Below, in pieces: positions 9,104-18,943 of a stretch of DNA of 64,000 nucleotides; within the stretch, counting starts at the first letter, position 1, and every line of letters starts with the position of its first letter. A program made the position numbers and the translations under genes. The notes under the pieces were generated by a model, which saw only the letters and a program-made list of their open reading frames with translations, was not told the DNA's origin and did no database searches. Origin of the DNA: an uncultured Acidimicrobiia bacterium. Lineage in GTDB: Bacteria > Actinomycetota > Acidimicrobiia > Acidimicrobiales > AC-14. Where the stretch lies: NCBI GenBank assembly GCA_963836205.1, contig CAWIIV010000006.1:352001-416000 (forward strand), read 5' to 3'.

Positions 9104-10198
9104 TCACGACCTCGCAGTCGTCGCAACGGCTGCGAGCGGAGCCAGGGTCGTCTGCCACGAGTGCTTCTCGAGCCGATTCGATAGATCACTGGCGGAGGGC
9201 TCGCTCCAACCGGCGAGGGCCAGGCTGCAGATCTCCACCACCTCGACGTGCGACGATTGCGGGTCGAGTTCCAACAAGCCTTCGATGCCATACTCGCGTG
9301 AGAAGCCGTTGGCCGAGGCGACCACATCGCATCCGGCGACATACGCCTCGATGTCCACCAGGGAGGCGACCTCCACCCAGCTGGCCGAGGCGCTCACCTT
9401 TGTTCGCCGCAGCACTGCCTGCATCTCATCGGCGGCCAGTTGACCGACATAGCTGAGGTTGTCAGCGGCATCGATCACATCGAGAAGGCGGTGAGCGTAC
9501 CGCTGGTTCGCCCCCGCGATGTGGCCCGCGAAAACCACGGTCATCGATGTTCCAGCCAGCGCCCGAGCGAGATGGAGTTGGTTCTTCCGTTCCTCGATGC
9601 GACCGACCACTGCGATATCGATGTCCCTCGCTGACCCGGGGCTCCAGGGCCCGTCCGGCACTCCGTTCCTCACGAGCGTGCCATCGGGTGCAACCCCGAA
9701 GTCGCGCTCGATGTGGGTCCTTTCCCCCTCGGCGATGTAGACGACTCCGGCGGCACGTGCGAGCACTTCGGCGGCTTGGTCGACGAGCGGCTTCCGGCTG
9801 GCGAGGTGCCACTGCGCCCGCGAGACCGTCCTCGACCGGCCGACGTCGCGCGCTCGATCACGCATTCCCGGCGTGCGCAGGACCACGTTGGCAGCTCGCC
9901 ATGCCCCACTCCTGCCCTGTTCCTCGAACCGACCCAACCATTGCCACGGGTGATGGATCGGGACCGCGATATACGGGCATCCGTGGGCCGCGAGGTCCTG
10001 CCCATGTCGAATCCACTCGCTCATGAGGTCAAGATTGAAGATGAACGCCAGATCGCAGCTCCGTGTCTCAGGCCCAATGGTGTCGACCACGACAGAGTGA
10101 CCGTGCTGACTCAGCCAGTGAGCATAGGCAGATGCCTGGACGACATCTCCGCCAGGCTTCGTCTTGTGACTGGCCCGGACAATGAGGGCGAGCCTCAT
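9104..10198 (-). CDS. Glycosyltransferase family 4 (GT-B)
   Basis: N-terminal PGGDVVQ, VGRIEERKNQ, and the ExxSLVxxEA motif. Confidence 0.85.
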   Translation of the reverse strand: MRLALIVRASHKTKPGGDVVQASAYAHWLSQHGHSVVVDTIGPETRSCDLAFIFNLDLMSEWIRHGQDLAAHGCPYIAVPIHHPWQWLGRFEEQGRSGAWRAANVVLRTPGMRDRARDVGRSRTVSRAQWHLASRKPLVDQAAEVLARAAGVVYIAEGERTHIERDFGVAPDGTLVRNGVPDGPWSPGSARDIDIAVVGRIEERKNQLHLARALAGTSMTVVFAGHIAGANQRYAHRLLDVIDAADNLSYVGQLAADEMQAVLRRTKVSASASWVEVASLVDIEAYVAGCDVVASANGFSREYGIEGLLELDPQSSHVEVVEICSLALAGWSEPSASDLSNRLEKHSWQTTLAPLAAVATTARS

Positions 10199-11025
10199 TG
10201 CGAACCGAACAACGGCCGTGCATTGAGCCGAAGGGCCGATCGGGGATGTTTACGGACATATCGACCGAACGATTGCCAATGCCACCGGACCGGTTGGCGC
10301 CACAAGGCCCATTTCAGGTTGCTCGCGCGCTGGTAGTGATGGCTCATCACGATGGCAGGTGTGACCATGACGGGGAGCCCAGCCTGCCATGACCGAAGGC
10401 ACAGATCGACATCCTCGAAGTAGAGAAAGAACCGCTCGTCGAAGCCTCGAACAGCATCGAGGGCGTTTCGGCGTATGAGCATGGCCGCACCGATCCCCCA
10501 GTCGACGGGAAGCGGGATCTCCGTCGGGACGGGGGTTGAGCCTGCCGGCGAACGCCGGACGAGGCGCCCAACGAGCTCGACCAAGGACGGGAACGCCCGC
10601 GTGGTGAGCTGGGGCGATCCGTCGGGGTAGACGAGCGTCGGTAGGAGAATTCCGGCGCCAGAGGCATGCGCAGCCGCCTGTAGGTCCTCCACGCCTCCGA
10701 CCCGGAGTTCCACATCGGGATTCATGATGAAGACGTCGCGATCAGGGAAGCGGGCGATGCCGAGGTTGCACGCCTTCCCGAACCCGGTGTTGGTCGAAAG
10801 CTGGATGGTGACGACCGACTCGTAGGCGCGCGCGACCGCCACGGAATCGTCAGCCGACGCGTTGTCGACGACCACGACATCGAGCCCGCGTACCGCATCC
10901 AGCGCGGCGCGCAGTGTTCGTGACGAGTTGTAGGTCACGATGACGACTCCAGGCGGCCGATCCCCGGAAGGGACGGCATCCGCTTCCAAGTCAGTTCGCG
11001 GCTCCACTCCTCCCGTCTGAGGCAT
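10195..11025 (-). CDS. Glycosyltransferase family 2 (WbbL-like)
   Basis: VVIVTYNS, VVDNASAD, NTGFGKACNLG, MNPD and GFDERFFLYFEDVDLC; ATG at 11025. Confidence 0.9.
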   Translation of the reverse strand: MPQTGGVEPRTDLEADAVPSGDRPPGVVIVTYNSSRTLRAALDAVRGLDVVVVDNASADDSVAVARAYESVVTIQLSTNTGFGKACNLGIARFPDRDVFIMNPDVELRVGGVEDLQAAAHASGAGILLPTLVYPDGSPQLTTRAFPSLVELVGRLVRRSPAGSTPVPTEIPLPVDWGIGAAMLIRRNALDAVRGFDERFFLYFEDVDLCLRSWQAGLPVMVTPAIVMSHHYQRASNLKWALWRQPVRWHWQSFGRYVRKHPRSALRLNARPLFGSQ

Positions 11026-11041
11026 CTCCGATGTCGACGAG

Positions 11042-11782
11042 CTACGTCGGGCGCGGGTCAGGCGCGGCAAGTACGAGAAGCGAGAAGCCGCCCAACACCC
11101 GAGCGGTGAGATCCGGGGCGACGACCGAGCACAGCCGTCGCGGCCAGGCAGCAAGGCGTGATCTCCAGAGCCCACGTGGCAGTTCAACCGCACTGGCCGT
11201 GTAGCGAACGTCGCGGATCATGAATCCCGCCTCCTTCAGTGCAGCTAACGCAGTGCCCTTGGAGAAGTGGTGTATATGGCCGAGCTGCGCCCGTGACCGG
11301 AGCAGCGCCCGCTCCCGCAGAATTGCCAGGACCGACATCTCGAGCGGGATGTGGAACAGCTGGTGAGAGGCAACGTCGCGAACCGACCGAAGGAAGCCTG
11401 GATAGTCCTCGACATGCTCGAACACATCGAGGACGAGGGCCAGGTCGTAGCATTTCCGCTCGGCCAGGGCGGTCGCCACGCCGCCTTCCCGGACGTCGAC
11501 TTCAGGGTGCGCTTGGCGCGCCAGTGCGACCGCCTGGGGCGAGAGCTCGAACCCGACAGCCTCGCTCGGCCGAAGTCGAGGAGCGACGATGCTCAGCACA
11601 CCACCTGTTCCGCACCCGATGTCGCAGATCGTGTCGGTCCTGATCCCGACCTCAGAGAGCATGGCGAGGATCTTTTCGGCCTTCCACGCCGCGTCGGAGT
11701 CGTGCCACTCCGGGTTTGACTCCTCGTACTGGCCATCGAGGTACCGCGCCGCAGACTCGTCCGCGGGGATGACGTCGCTCAA
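11042..11782 (-). CDS. Class I SAM-dependent methyltransferase
   Basis: ICDIGCGTG, GFELS and DVFEHVED; TTG at 11782 downstream of GGAGGAG. Confidence 0.85.
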   Translation of the reverse strand: MSDVIPADESAARYLDGQYEESNPEWHDSDAAWKAEKILAMLSEVGIRTDTICDIGCGTGGVLSIVAPRLRPSEAVGFELSPQAVALARQAHPEVDVREGGVATALAERKCYDLALVLDVFEHVEDYPGFLRSVRDVASHQLFHIPLEMSVLAILRERALLRSRAQLGHIHHFSKGTALAALKEAGFMIRDVRYTASAVELPRGLWRSRLAAWPRRLCSVVAPDLTARVLGGFSLLVLAAPDPRPT

Positions 11783-11811
11783 CTCCCGCTCCTCCTGCTG
11801 GGAAGCCGATT

Positions 11812-12696
11812 CTACTGGTCGGCTCCCTGTTGGTTGCGGAACACCCATACCTCCTGCCGGCCTGCAACCGCAGCGGGAGCGTCACTCGTGTGCCGCACTA
11901 CTTCGAGGCCGGGAGCAAGCGTGCCCAGCATGTACTTCGGGCTGTGGAAAGCGACGAAGCCACGTGACCCCTCCTTGACGTTGCCTCGACCTACGTATCC
12001 CCTGTGGTCGTATATGGCCTGCTCGTCGGGGAGAAGCATCGAATCCCGATACCAGTCTCCGTGGACGGTAAGCATGATCAGCCCATCGCGCCGGACGATT
12101 CGACGCAGTTCGCGCATCCAGGCCAAGCATCGCTCCTCCGAGAGGTGCGTCATCACCGAGATGCCGAAAACCAGATCGACATGTCCGTCGGGGATGTCGA
12201 GTGGAGGTTCGAGCTCGTTCAGGATCCAGGTCGTCCCGGGGAACTGTTCGCGACACCATGAAATCGAAGCCGCGTTGTAGTCGGCACCGATGGTGTCCTT
12301 CACGGAGGGTTCCCCCGCAAGGTGGCGAAGCGTTCGGGCGGGGCCGCACCCCCATTCGCACACGACCCAAGGAGTCACGGTAGATGCCGCGATGAGGTCG
12401 ACGAGGTACGCCGCGGTCTGCCGGCCATCGCTCCAATAACGCTCGAAGCTGACGTCACTGAACGCGTCGTACGCGAGCCACCTGGGAGGCATCGGCTCGG
12501 TGGGGTGATCTCGCCCAAAGGTTCGGTTCGCCCGATACGAGGCAACCGACTTAGCCAGAAAACGAATCCGCTCGAGGACGGCGAGGACCCTGACCGCTCG
12601 AACGATTCGGATGGCTCGCTGCTTCGTTCGCACCAGGATGAATCTACCTTGACCGGTCTCGGCGATCTGCCCGTCGGTCCCCTGGGACGTCCGCAC
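11812..12696 (-). CDS. Class I SAM-dependent methyltransferase
   Basis: CEWGCGPAR, GADYN, SVMTHL and LTVHG; start uncertain, and the ORF-track extension overlaps the opposite-strand gene. Confidence 0.8.
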   Translation of the reverse strand: MRTSQGTDGQIAETGQGRFILVRTKQRAIRIVRAVRVLAVLERIRFLAKSVASYRANRTFGRDHPTEPMPPRWLAYDAFSDVSFERYWSDGRQTAAYLVDLIAASTVTPWVVCEWGCGPARTLRHLAGEPSVKDTIGADYNAASISWCREQFPGTTWILNELEPPLDIPDGHVDLVFGISVMTHLSEERCLAWMRELRRIVRRDGLIMLTVHGDWYRDSMLLPDEQAIYDHRGYVGRGNVKEGSRGFVAFHSPKYMLGTLAPGLEVVRHTSDAPAAVAGRQEVWVFRNQQGADQ

Positions 12697-12822
12697 TGGG
12701 TGGCCGTTCGCCGACCCGCCGGGCCGCCCATGTACCCTTGCCCAGTACGATTGCCGGCCGAGGGCCGAAGGGTCCGACGTGTTTTGCGCGGGCACGTTCC
12801 ACGGGCGTTGACGGGAGGTGGC

Positions 12823-14193
12823 GTGAGTTCGAAAACCGGTGCCACCCTTGCGACGCTCTTGGGAGTGCTTTGCGGGGTAATGGTGACCGTGACGGATGCC
12901 GCCTTGTTGGGCTGGGTTATCACAACGACTGCGCTCCTCGCGCTCGGTTTCTTCCTCGTGATCCACCGTTCTTTGTCGATCACAAGCCCACCGATCGTCG
13001 TCGCATTGACCTATGTCATCGTCGCGTTCTCTGCTCCCTTGATTTTGCCACGGGTGAGTGACGCAGGGGGAGTCTCCGCGATACTTCGACTCTCCTCGAT
13101 CCACTCGCAGCGGACCACCCTGCTCTTTCTGCTGGCCGCTCTTAGCGTCCTCTTGGGTGCGACAGCGCACGAGCTCTCGACGACCCTTCAACCGGGTCGT
13201 GTCGTTCATACGAAGATCAGCGCGGCTTTGCGTTTTCCGTCAATTGTGCTGGGTTCGGCGGCGCTGCCGGTAGTGTTTCTCGTCGCCGGCATCGGGCCTG
13301 GTTTCATCATACAAAAAGACTTGTACTTGGGCATCGCGGGGAGTAGACAACTTGTAAGTCTAGGGACGGCATTCTCCCTCCCGGCTGTCGCGCTCGCATC
13401 TTGCATCCTGTTCTCCGGAACGAATCGCAGGGTTCGACACCAAGCCCGCCTGCTGTTGGTGGCGTACGGGATCGTCTTCTTTTCGCTCGCGTCGCGCCAG
13501 CTGGCCCTCCTGCCCCTCTTGATCCTCATCGGTTGGCTCTTATCTGACCGCACTGCAGTGCCGGCTTGGCCTCGGATAACCGCGGCGATGGTTGCCACAG
13601 TGATCCTGTTTTCAGTTCCGCTTACTCTCCGCCAACTCCCGAATCACGGCCTCCGCCCTTATACGACCTATGTCGTGGCAAATCCGGATCTTCTGATCTC
13701 CCCGAAACTCGGAGCCCTGTCCAACAATCTTTTGTTTTCCTATTCACTCGCCGGCCATGTGGCGTATACCGAGCTGCCAATTCGGCCGCGGATCTTCTGG
13801 TTGATGGTGAATCCTCTGCCCGGCCGGTATGCAGGATGGGAGAAGGTCCTGCCAACCCAAGGTGTCAACGCCTATACACCTTTCAACGCGTTAGGGCAGC
13901 TCGGGAACTTTGGCTGGATGTATCTGGTCGCTTATCTATCGGCAATCGGGTGGTACCTTGCTCATATTCGGAACGTGGTCGGTAGGCGTTTTCCGGCCGG
14001 GTGGCAGCCCGTGGCCAATACGGTGTGCACGGGTATTGCCGGGCTCTTCGCGGTGACGTCGCTCCAGTACAGCCTTCGGACTGCCTCCCGACTCATCTAC
14101 TATGTGATAGCTCTGGAGGTCTTCTTGCGGCTCGTAATCCTCCCCCTCCGCTCCGGCAGACGCGCCGCGCAACAGAGCGTCGTTATGCAGTGA
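12823..14193 (+). CDS. Polytopic membrane protein, probable Wzy-like polysaccharide polymerase
   Basis: GTG after GGAGG; about 10-11 TM segments with a late extracytoplasmic loop; lower GC; polysaccharide-locus context. Confidence 0.6.
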   Translation: MSSKTGATLATLLGVLCGVMVTVTDAALLGWVITTTALLALGFFLVIHRSLSITSPPIVVALTYVIVAFSAPLILPRVSDAGGVSAILRLSSIHSQRTTLLFLLAALSVLLGATAHELSTTLQPGRVVHTKISAALRFPSIVLGSAALPVVFLVAGIGPGFIIQKDLYLGIAGSRQLVSLGTAFSLPAVALASCILFSGTNRRVRHQARLLLVAYGIVFFSLASRQLALLPLLILIGWLLSDRTAVPAWPRITAAMVATVILFSVPLTLRQLPNHGLRPYTTYVVANPDLLISPKLGALSNNLLFSYSLAGHVAYTELPIRPRIFWLMVNPLPGRYAGWEKVLPTQGVNAYTPFNALGQLGNFGWMYLVAYLSAIGWYLAHIRNVVGRRFPAGWQPVANTVCTGIAGLFAVTSLQYSLRTASRLIYYVIALEVFLRLVILPLRSGRRAAQQSVVMQ

Positions 14194-14264
14194 AGATGCG
14201 GTGCACGGCTGGTCTCATTGCAAAGAGTTTGGCAACGCCCAGTGCCCGTCACTTCGCGGCTGGG

Positions 14265-15791
14265 CTAGTACGCCCCATGGCGGCGGAGGACGGCCGTGAG
14301 GGTCTTGGCGATGATCGTGGCGTCCATCGACAGAGACCAATTCTCCACGTAATAGAGATCGAGGCGAACCGCTTCATCCCAGGGCAGCCCGGCCCGGCCT
14401 CCCACCTGCCACAGGCCGGTGATCCCGGGCTTGACGAGGAGTCGACGACGGACGTGGTGGTCGTACCGCTCCACCTCGCAGGGCAGGGGCGGACGAGGGC
14501 CGACAATCGACATATCGCCTCGCCCGACGTTCCACAGTTGGGGGAGCTCGTCGAGCGACCAGCGGCGTAGGAAGCGGCCGACACGGGTGACCCTCGGATC
14601 ATCCTGCATTTTGAAGAGAACACCGTCGTGCTCGTTGAGATGCTGGAGCTCGCCGAGCTGATCCTCGGCATCGACCCTCATGGTGCGGAACTTCCAGATC
14701 ATGAAGTGCCGGCCACCGAGCCCGACCCGCACCTGCCGGAACAACGCCGGTCCCCTGCTCGTGAGGCGCACGACCACGCCGATCAGCAGGAGGAACGGGA
14801 GGAGAACGACGATCCCGGCACCCGCGAGGAGGCGATCGAACGCGCCTTTGGCCAGCCGCCTGCGACCCTTGAGCTCCGGCTCCTCGACCAGCAGGAGGGG
14901 GATGTCGGACAGCGCCCGGATGGAAATGTGGGGACCGGTGACGTCGGTGAGGGCGGGCGCCACCATGAGATCGACCCCGGTGCCCTCCAACTGCCAGGCG
15001 AGTCGCCGCAGCGACCCGTTGGTGAAGGAATCGGTGTCGGCGATGGCGACCACGTCGGCCTGGGCCGCGACGACTGCCTCCAGGGTGAACTCCGGATTAC
15101 CCAGGACGGGAACCGGCCGACCCTCGACGTCGAAGGTGACCACCGGATCGGCCATGCAGGCGCCGATCACCGAGAGGCCACTGTCGCCGCCGGCGCGCAG
15201 CTGGATAATGAGATCCCGGCTTGCCTCCATTGACCCGACGACAAGGACTTTCTTGGTGAACCGCCCCGTCCGACGCATCCGGTGCAGCCACCGACGGAGC
15301 GCGTACCGCCCGGCCAGGGTGAGGAGCGTGGCCACGGGAATGGCGATGGCGACGAAGCCCCGCGCCACGTCGATCTTGAAGAGGAAGCCCATGAGGGACA
15401 CCACCAGCAAAAACCGGATCGCGGCGTCGAAGACCCGTCTGTACTCCTCGGTGCCCCATCCGTAGTAGCGGCGGTCGTAGGCGCCGCCGAGCGTCATCGT
15501 GATGACCCACACCGGGGCGGCGGCGAAGGCCACGCCGACGTAGGAGAGCACCACTCGCCCGGTCGACGTCGTACCGAGGTTGCCGAACCGAACCCACTGG
15601 GCGACGAAAGACCCCAGGATCACGGCCGCCGAGTCGAGCACGGCCAGGGCGCAGGCGTACGGGCGCCACCATGTGGAGGCCGACCGGGACCGGACAGCCG
15701 AGACCGGGCCGGCCGCCGTGCCGTGCTCCTGTCGTACTCGGGTGTCGCTGTCGAGCATCACCACGTCCGCCACCTTCGCGATGAGAGGCAC
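14265..15791 (-). CDS. Polyprenyl-phosphate glycosylphosphotransferase (WcaJ/CpsE-like sugar transferase)
   Basis: KFRTM, DDPRVTRVGRFLRRWSLDELPQLWNV, SIVGPRP, VKPGITGLWQV and DLYYVENWS. Confidence 0.93.
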   Translation of the reverse strand: MPLIAKVADVVMLDSDTRVRQEHGTAAGPVSAVRSRSASTWWRPYACALAVLDSAAVILGSFVAQWVRFGNLGTTSTGRVVLSYVGVAFAAAPVWVITMTLGGAYDRRYYGWGTEEYRRVFDAAIRFLLVVSLMGFLFKIDVARGFVAIAIPVATLLTLAGRYALRRWLHRMRRTGRFTKKVLVVGSMEASRDLIIQLRAGGDSGLSVIGACMADPVVTFDVEGRPVPVLGNPEFTLEAVVAAQADVVAIADTDSFTNGSLRRLAWQLEGTGVDLMVAPALTDVTGPHISIRALSDIPLLLVEEPELKGRRRLAKGAFDRLLAGAGIVVLLPFLLLIGVVVRLTSRGPALFRQVRVGLGGRHFMIWKFRTMRVDAEDQLGELQHLNEHDGVLFKMQDDPRVTRVGRFLRRWSLDELPQLWNVGRGDMSIVGPRPPLPCEVERYDHHVRRRLLVKPGITGLWQVGGRAGLPWDEAVRLDLYYVENWSLSMDATIIAKTLTAVLRRHGAY

Positions 15792-16117
15792 CTGCTGGAT
15801 TGCCAGATCCTACCGGCCGATCCGGAAATCGCATTCCATACAGATGAACGGTCGACGGCGGCTGACAGGACGGCCGACGGCGTGGGAGCTACGCCGGTCC
15901 AGGAAGGTACTCCGCCGGGCCCTGCCTTCATGTCGGAATCGCCTTTCCCCAGCACCCTGCGCTACTGGCCAGGGCTCTCCGGTCCACCGAACCGTTGCCA
16001 CTCGACGCCACTGCGGCGCCCTTCCCCGGGCCTACCCCCTTCGCGAGGTCTGACACTCGGGTCTCGGAAAGCTGACTCTAGCCCCGGGCGGGGACGACGT
16101 CCGAGTAGGCGGTCGCG

Positions 16118-18223
16118 TCACTTGTCGGCGATGGCCCACGTTCCGATGAGGTCCTTGTCGAGGGACGCCTCCGCGGGCGGCGCAGCACCGGCCCAGCGCC
16201 ATCCCTCCGGCAGGTCGACGGTGAGCTTGAGGACGTCGCCCGTGTGGTCGGGGTGCCGCATCCACAGCAACGAGTAGGCCCGATCGCCGTCGGCGGTCGT
16301 CTCGACCATGTTGGGGACGTTCCACACGACCGTGACCGTGGTCTGGGACTGGGCCGAGACCGGGCGGAACCAACCTACCCCCGGATGACCACTCACCTCG
16401 ATCTCGGGGATCCCGAGCGGGTCGGAGCCCTTCCCAAGCTCCGCTCCCGCGGGCCCGTACATCGTGACGTACGTCGTGCTCTCGAGGTTCAGGCTCGACG
16501 GCGGTTCGGGATTGACGAGCGTGAGGACCGTCGTCACGTCCGCCGACCCGTCGGCGTTGAGCTCGACATGGTGGTCGTAGGTCCGCCGTAGCTCGCGGCC
16601 GTTCTTGTTTGCGTATTCGAACTCCGCCGGGAGCACGAAGTCGCCGGCTCGCGCGGGCACGGACCCGTCCCATCCCCGCTGGCCCAGGATCTCGGCCACT
16701 TCGGTGTCGGTCGACCAGACCATCGCCTCCCGGCCCGCGAAGGCCTGGCCCAGCACCTTGGCCAGTGCTTCCCACTTCGAGGCCTGGACACCGAAAAGCT
16801 TCGGCATGAGCTCCTTGGCCAGCTCGGCGATGAATTCCTTGCGGTCCTCGCCCGGCTCCGGCGGAAGCAGGTGGGTGTAGTAGTCGAGCCGCTCCACCAG
16901 GTTCTCAGCCGAGACCGTCTCACCGAAGGCTTCGACCCGGACCGGACCCACGACGCTCAAGATCCGACCCAGGAAGGCGGGCGTGAACGACACCACGCCC
17001 TGCACCGGCGCCTCGCCCCCCCGTTCCCACAACCGAGCCGCGAGCTGGGCCGCGAGGGTGAAGTCTGGCCCCGTGTTCACATTGGCGAGCGTCTGCGGCT
17101 TGCGGGTGTCGAACCGCAGCGGGCCGCCCCGCTCTTCCGGGGTGGCCACCGCCTCCGGGCGGGGCCGGAACCAGTTCTCGATGGCGTCGTAGCGCTCGAG
17201 CACCAACTTGCCACTTACTGCGCTGAGGACGCCGTAGGTGCCGATGTACCCGCCGGTGGGCCGCACTTCGTCGGGGTTCTGCGAAAGGACGAGGTAGGTC
17301 CGGGGGCCGTCCCCGCCGGCGAAGGTGATCAGGGAACTCAAGCCGTCGGCCGCATCCAACGCCCGCCGGCGGATTTCGGGCAGGCGGCCGGCCAAGTCGG
17401 ACCGAGCACGGCCCAGGGGGCGGAGGAGGAGCTTGCCGTCGAGCGAGTCGACCTTCGCCGCCGCCTCGTCGATGCTGTTCACGCCCAGTCGCAGCAGGCC
17501 CTGGACCTCGCGCAGCTGGGCCAGTGAGTCGGACAGCTCGAGTTGCTCCTGTTGGGGCTCGAGGATCGACGAGGCGGCGTCGGTGAGGCGCATCCCTGCG
17601 TCCGAGAGCAGGACGCCGGAGTCGGCCAGGGCCGCGACCCCTCGAACCTGCGTTCCGACAACGGGAACCCACCGGCTGAAGGGCAGCACCCGTTCGAGGA
17701 GGCGAACCTCCCGGCGGCTCTTGGCGAAGTCCGCCCTCGCCCGGACGAGGGTGCGGCCGGCCTCGTCGACGTTGCCGGCGTTGATCTGTTTCTCTGCCCG
17801 CTGCAGCGCAGCCTTGCCGGCGAAAGCGGCCCTCGCCGCCTTGGTCGCCTGGAACGCCCCGAAGCCGAGGACGCACACCCCCAGAACGCCGAGCACCATG
17901 TAGAGACGGTGCCGGCTCCTGTTTCCGGGCCCTCGCCGGGATCGGGAGGGATGCCGACGCCGTCTCACGAGGGGGCCAGGCTCGTCCGAATCGCGGTCTA
18001 CGACGGGCAAAGGACGCCTGATGTTGCCTTCTGACCTGCTCGAACGGGTCGAGGGCCGCCTCGAACGAGAATCGGGATCGTCGGGCGCATGCCGCCTAGC
18101 CTGGCCGTCTCCCGGACGGCTGTCCAGAAACTCCGCCGGAAGCGTTGCGCTCGCCGCGAACGCGGGTAGAGTTCCCGTCGACCGCACACCAGGGCCAGCA
18201 ACCGGTTGTTCACGGTTGTTCAC
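16118..18223 (-). CDS. DUF4012 domain-containing membrane protein
   Basis: Single TM followed by a helical region; GPRTYLVLSQNPDEVRPTGGYIG motif; NTGPDF. Confidence 0.85.
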   Translation of the reverse strand: MNNREQPVAGPGVRSTGTLPAFAASATLPAEFLDSRPGDGQARRHAPDDPDSRSRRPSTRSSRSEGNIRRPLPVVDRDSDEPGPLVRRRRHPSRSRRGPGNRSRHRLYMVLGVLGVCVLGFGAFQATKAARAAFAGKAALQRAEKQINAGNVDEAGRTLVRARADFAKSRREVRLLERVLPFSRWVPVVGTQVRGVAALADSGVLLSDAGMRLTDAASSILEPQQEQLELSDSLAQLREVQGLLRLGVNSIDEAAAKVDSLDGKLLLRPLGRARSDLAGRLPEIRRRALDAADGLSSLITFAGGDGPRTYLVLSQNPDEVRPTGGYIGTYGVLSAVSGKLVLERYDAIENWFRPRPEAVATPEERGGPLRFDTRKPQTLANVNTGPDFTLAAQLAARLWERGGEAPVQGVVSFTPAFLGRILSVVGPVRVEAFGETVSAENLVERLDYYTHLLPPEPGEDRKEFIAELAKELMPKLFGVQASKWEALAKVLGQAFAGREAMVWSTDTEVAEILGQRGWDGSVPARAGDFVLPAEFEYANKNGRELRRTYDHHVELNADGSADVTTVLTLVNPEPPSSLNLESTTYVTMYGPAGAELGKGSDPLGIPEIEVSGHPGVGWFRPVSAQSQTTVTVVWNVPNMVETTADGDRAYSLLWMRHPDHTGDVLKLTVDLPEGWRWAGAAPPAEASLDKDLIGTWAIADK

Positions 18224-18301
18224 GGAGAAAGTCGCTTCCGGCCTGGTGGACGGGTTAAGCTTCGACCGACACTTGGCGGCATTCGATAGATGGGAGACCC
18301 T

Positions 18302-18562
18302 ATGGCAAACGTCACCGGCGGCACGAGGAATCGCGGCCTCGTGAGGCGCGTAACCTCGCTGGGTGCAGCAGTGGCTACGGCGGTGACAATGCTGGTCGTC
18401 GTCAGCACTGGTGCAACAGCCAGCTCTGCGCAGATCAACTTCCAGGCGATCGTGTGCCCGATCCTTCTCGCGTTGCGAGCGGCGTTCGGCAACTTCTTCG
18501 GTCTCGGGGCAGTGTTTGACGGGTTGCTCGCTGCCTTCGGCTGCACCGTCCCCTCGGGTTAA
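18302..18562 (+). CDS. Small secreted hydrophobic protein with a Cys pair
   Basis: GGGAGA RBS before ATG 18302; signal peptide ending ASSA; 43-aa mature part QINFQAIVCP...AFGCTVPSG. Confidence 0.7.
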   Translation: MANVTGGTRNRGLVRRVTSLGAAVATAVTMLVVVSTGATASSAQINFQAIVCPILLALRAAFGNFFGLGAVFDGLLAAFGCTVPSG

Positions 18563-18636
18563 GTAGCCCTCGGGCCTTCGCCAGCTCGTCCCGGGTTGGC
18601 GTCAAGCGCAGGGCCGTCCAAGGGCACAGAACGAAC

Positions 18637-18671
18637 CTACGACCGGTTGCGTCAGACGCAACCGGTCGTAG
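18637..18671. repeat. Perfect 35-bp palindrome (17-bp arms, 1-nt centre)
   Basis: CTACGACCGGTTGCGTC-A-GACGCAACCGGTCGTAG, between convergent genes. Confidence 0.9.
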
Positions 18672-18943
18672 CGCGTCTGCGAGCCGGATGGGGGGTAGGG
18701 GTCCCATCCGGGCGAGCTCGGGGAGCGCCTCAACCTTGGCGCGAGGGCAGGCCACTCCCACGTCGCCGCACCCGAAAGCCTGAATCCTACGGTTTCACTC
18801 GTCCACGACCACGAGCCCCCCGCACACTGCTGCACGGACCCAGCCTCCGCGCCCTGCCGGTGGCCAGTCGTCTCAGCTAGGCGTCTCCTGGCGGAGGAAG
18901 CGGGGCCCGGCCCTCCCCGGTCGTGGGGGCCGACCCGGGTGGG

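Noticed and set aside
7447-9456. Long antisense or alternative-frame ORFs (also 18923-20614, 26424-28736, 32081-33826, 42160-43989, 52956-54785, 55181-57592, 59937-63467)
   Set aside because: Stop-poor shadows of well-supported genes in high-GC DNA, with no recognisable motifs.
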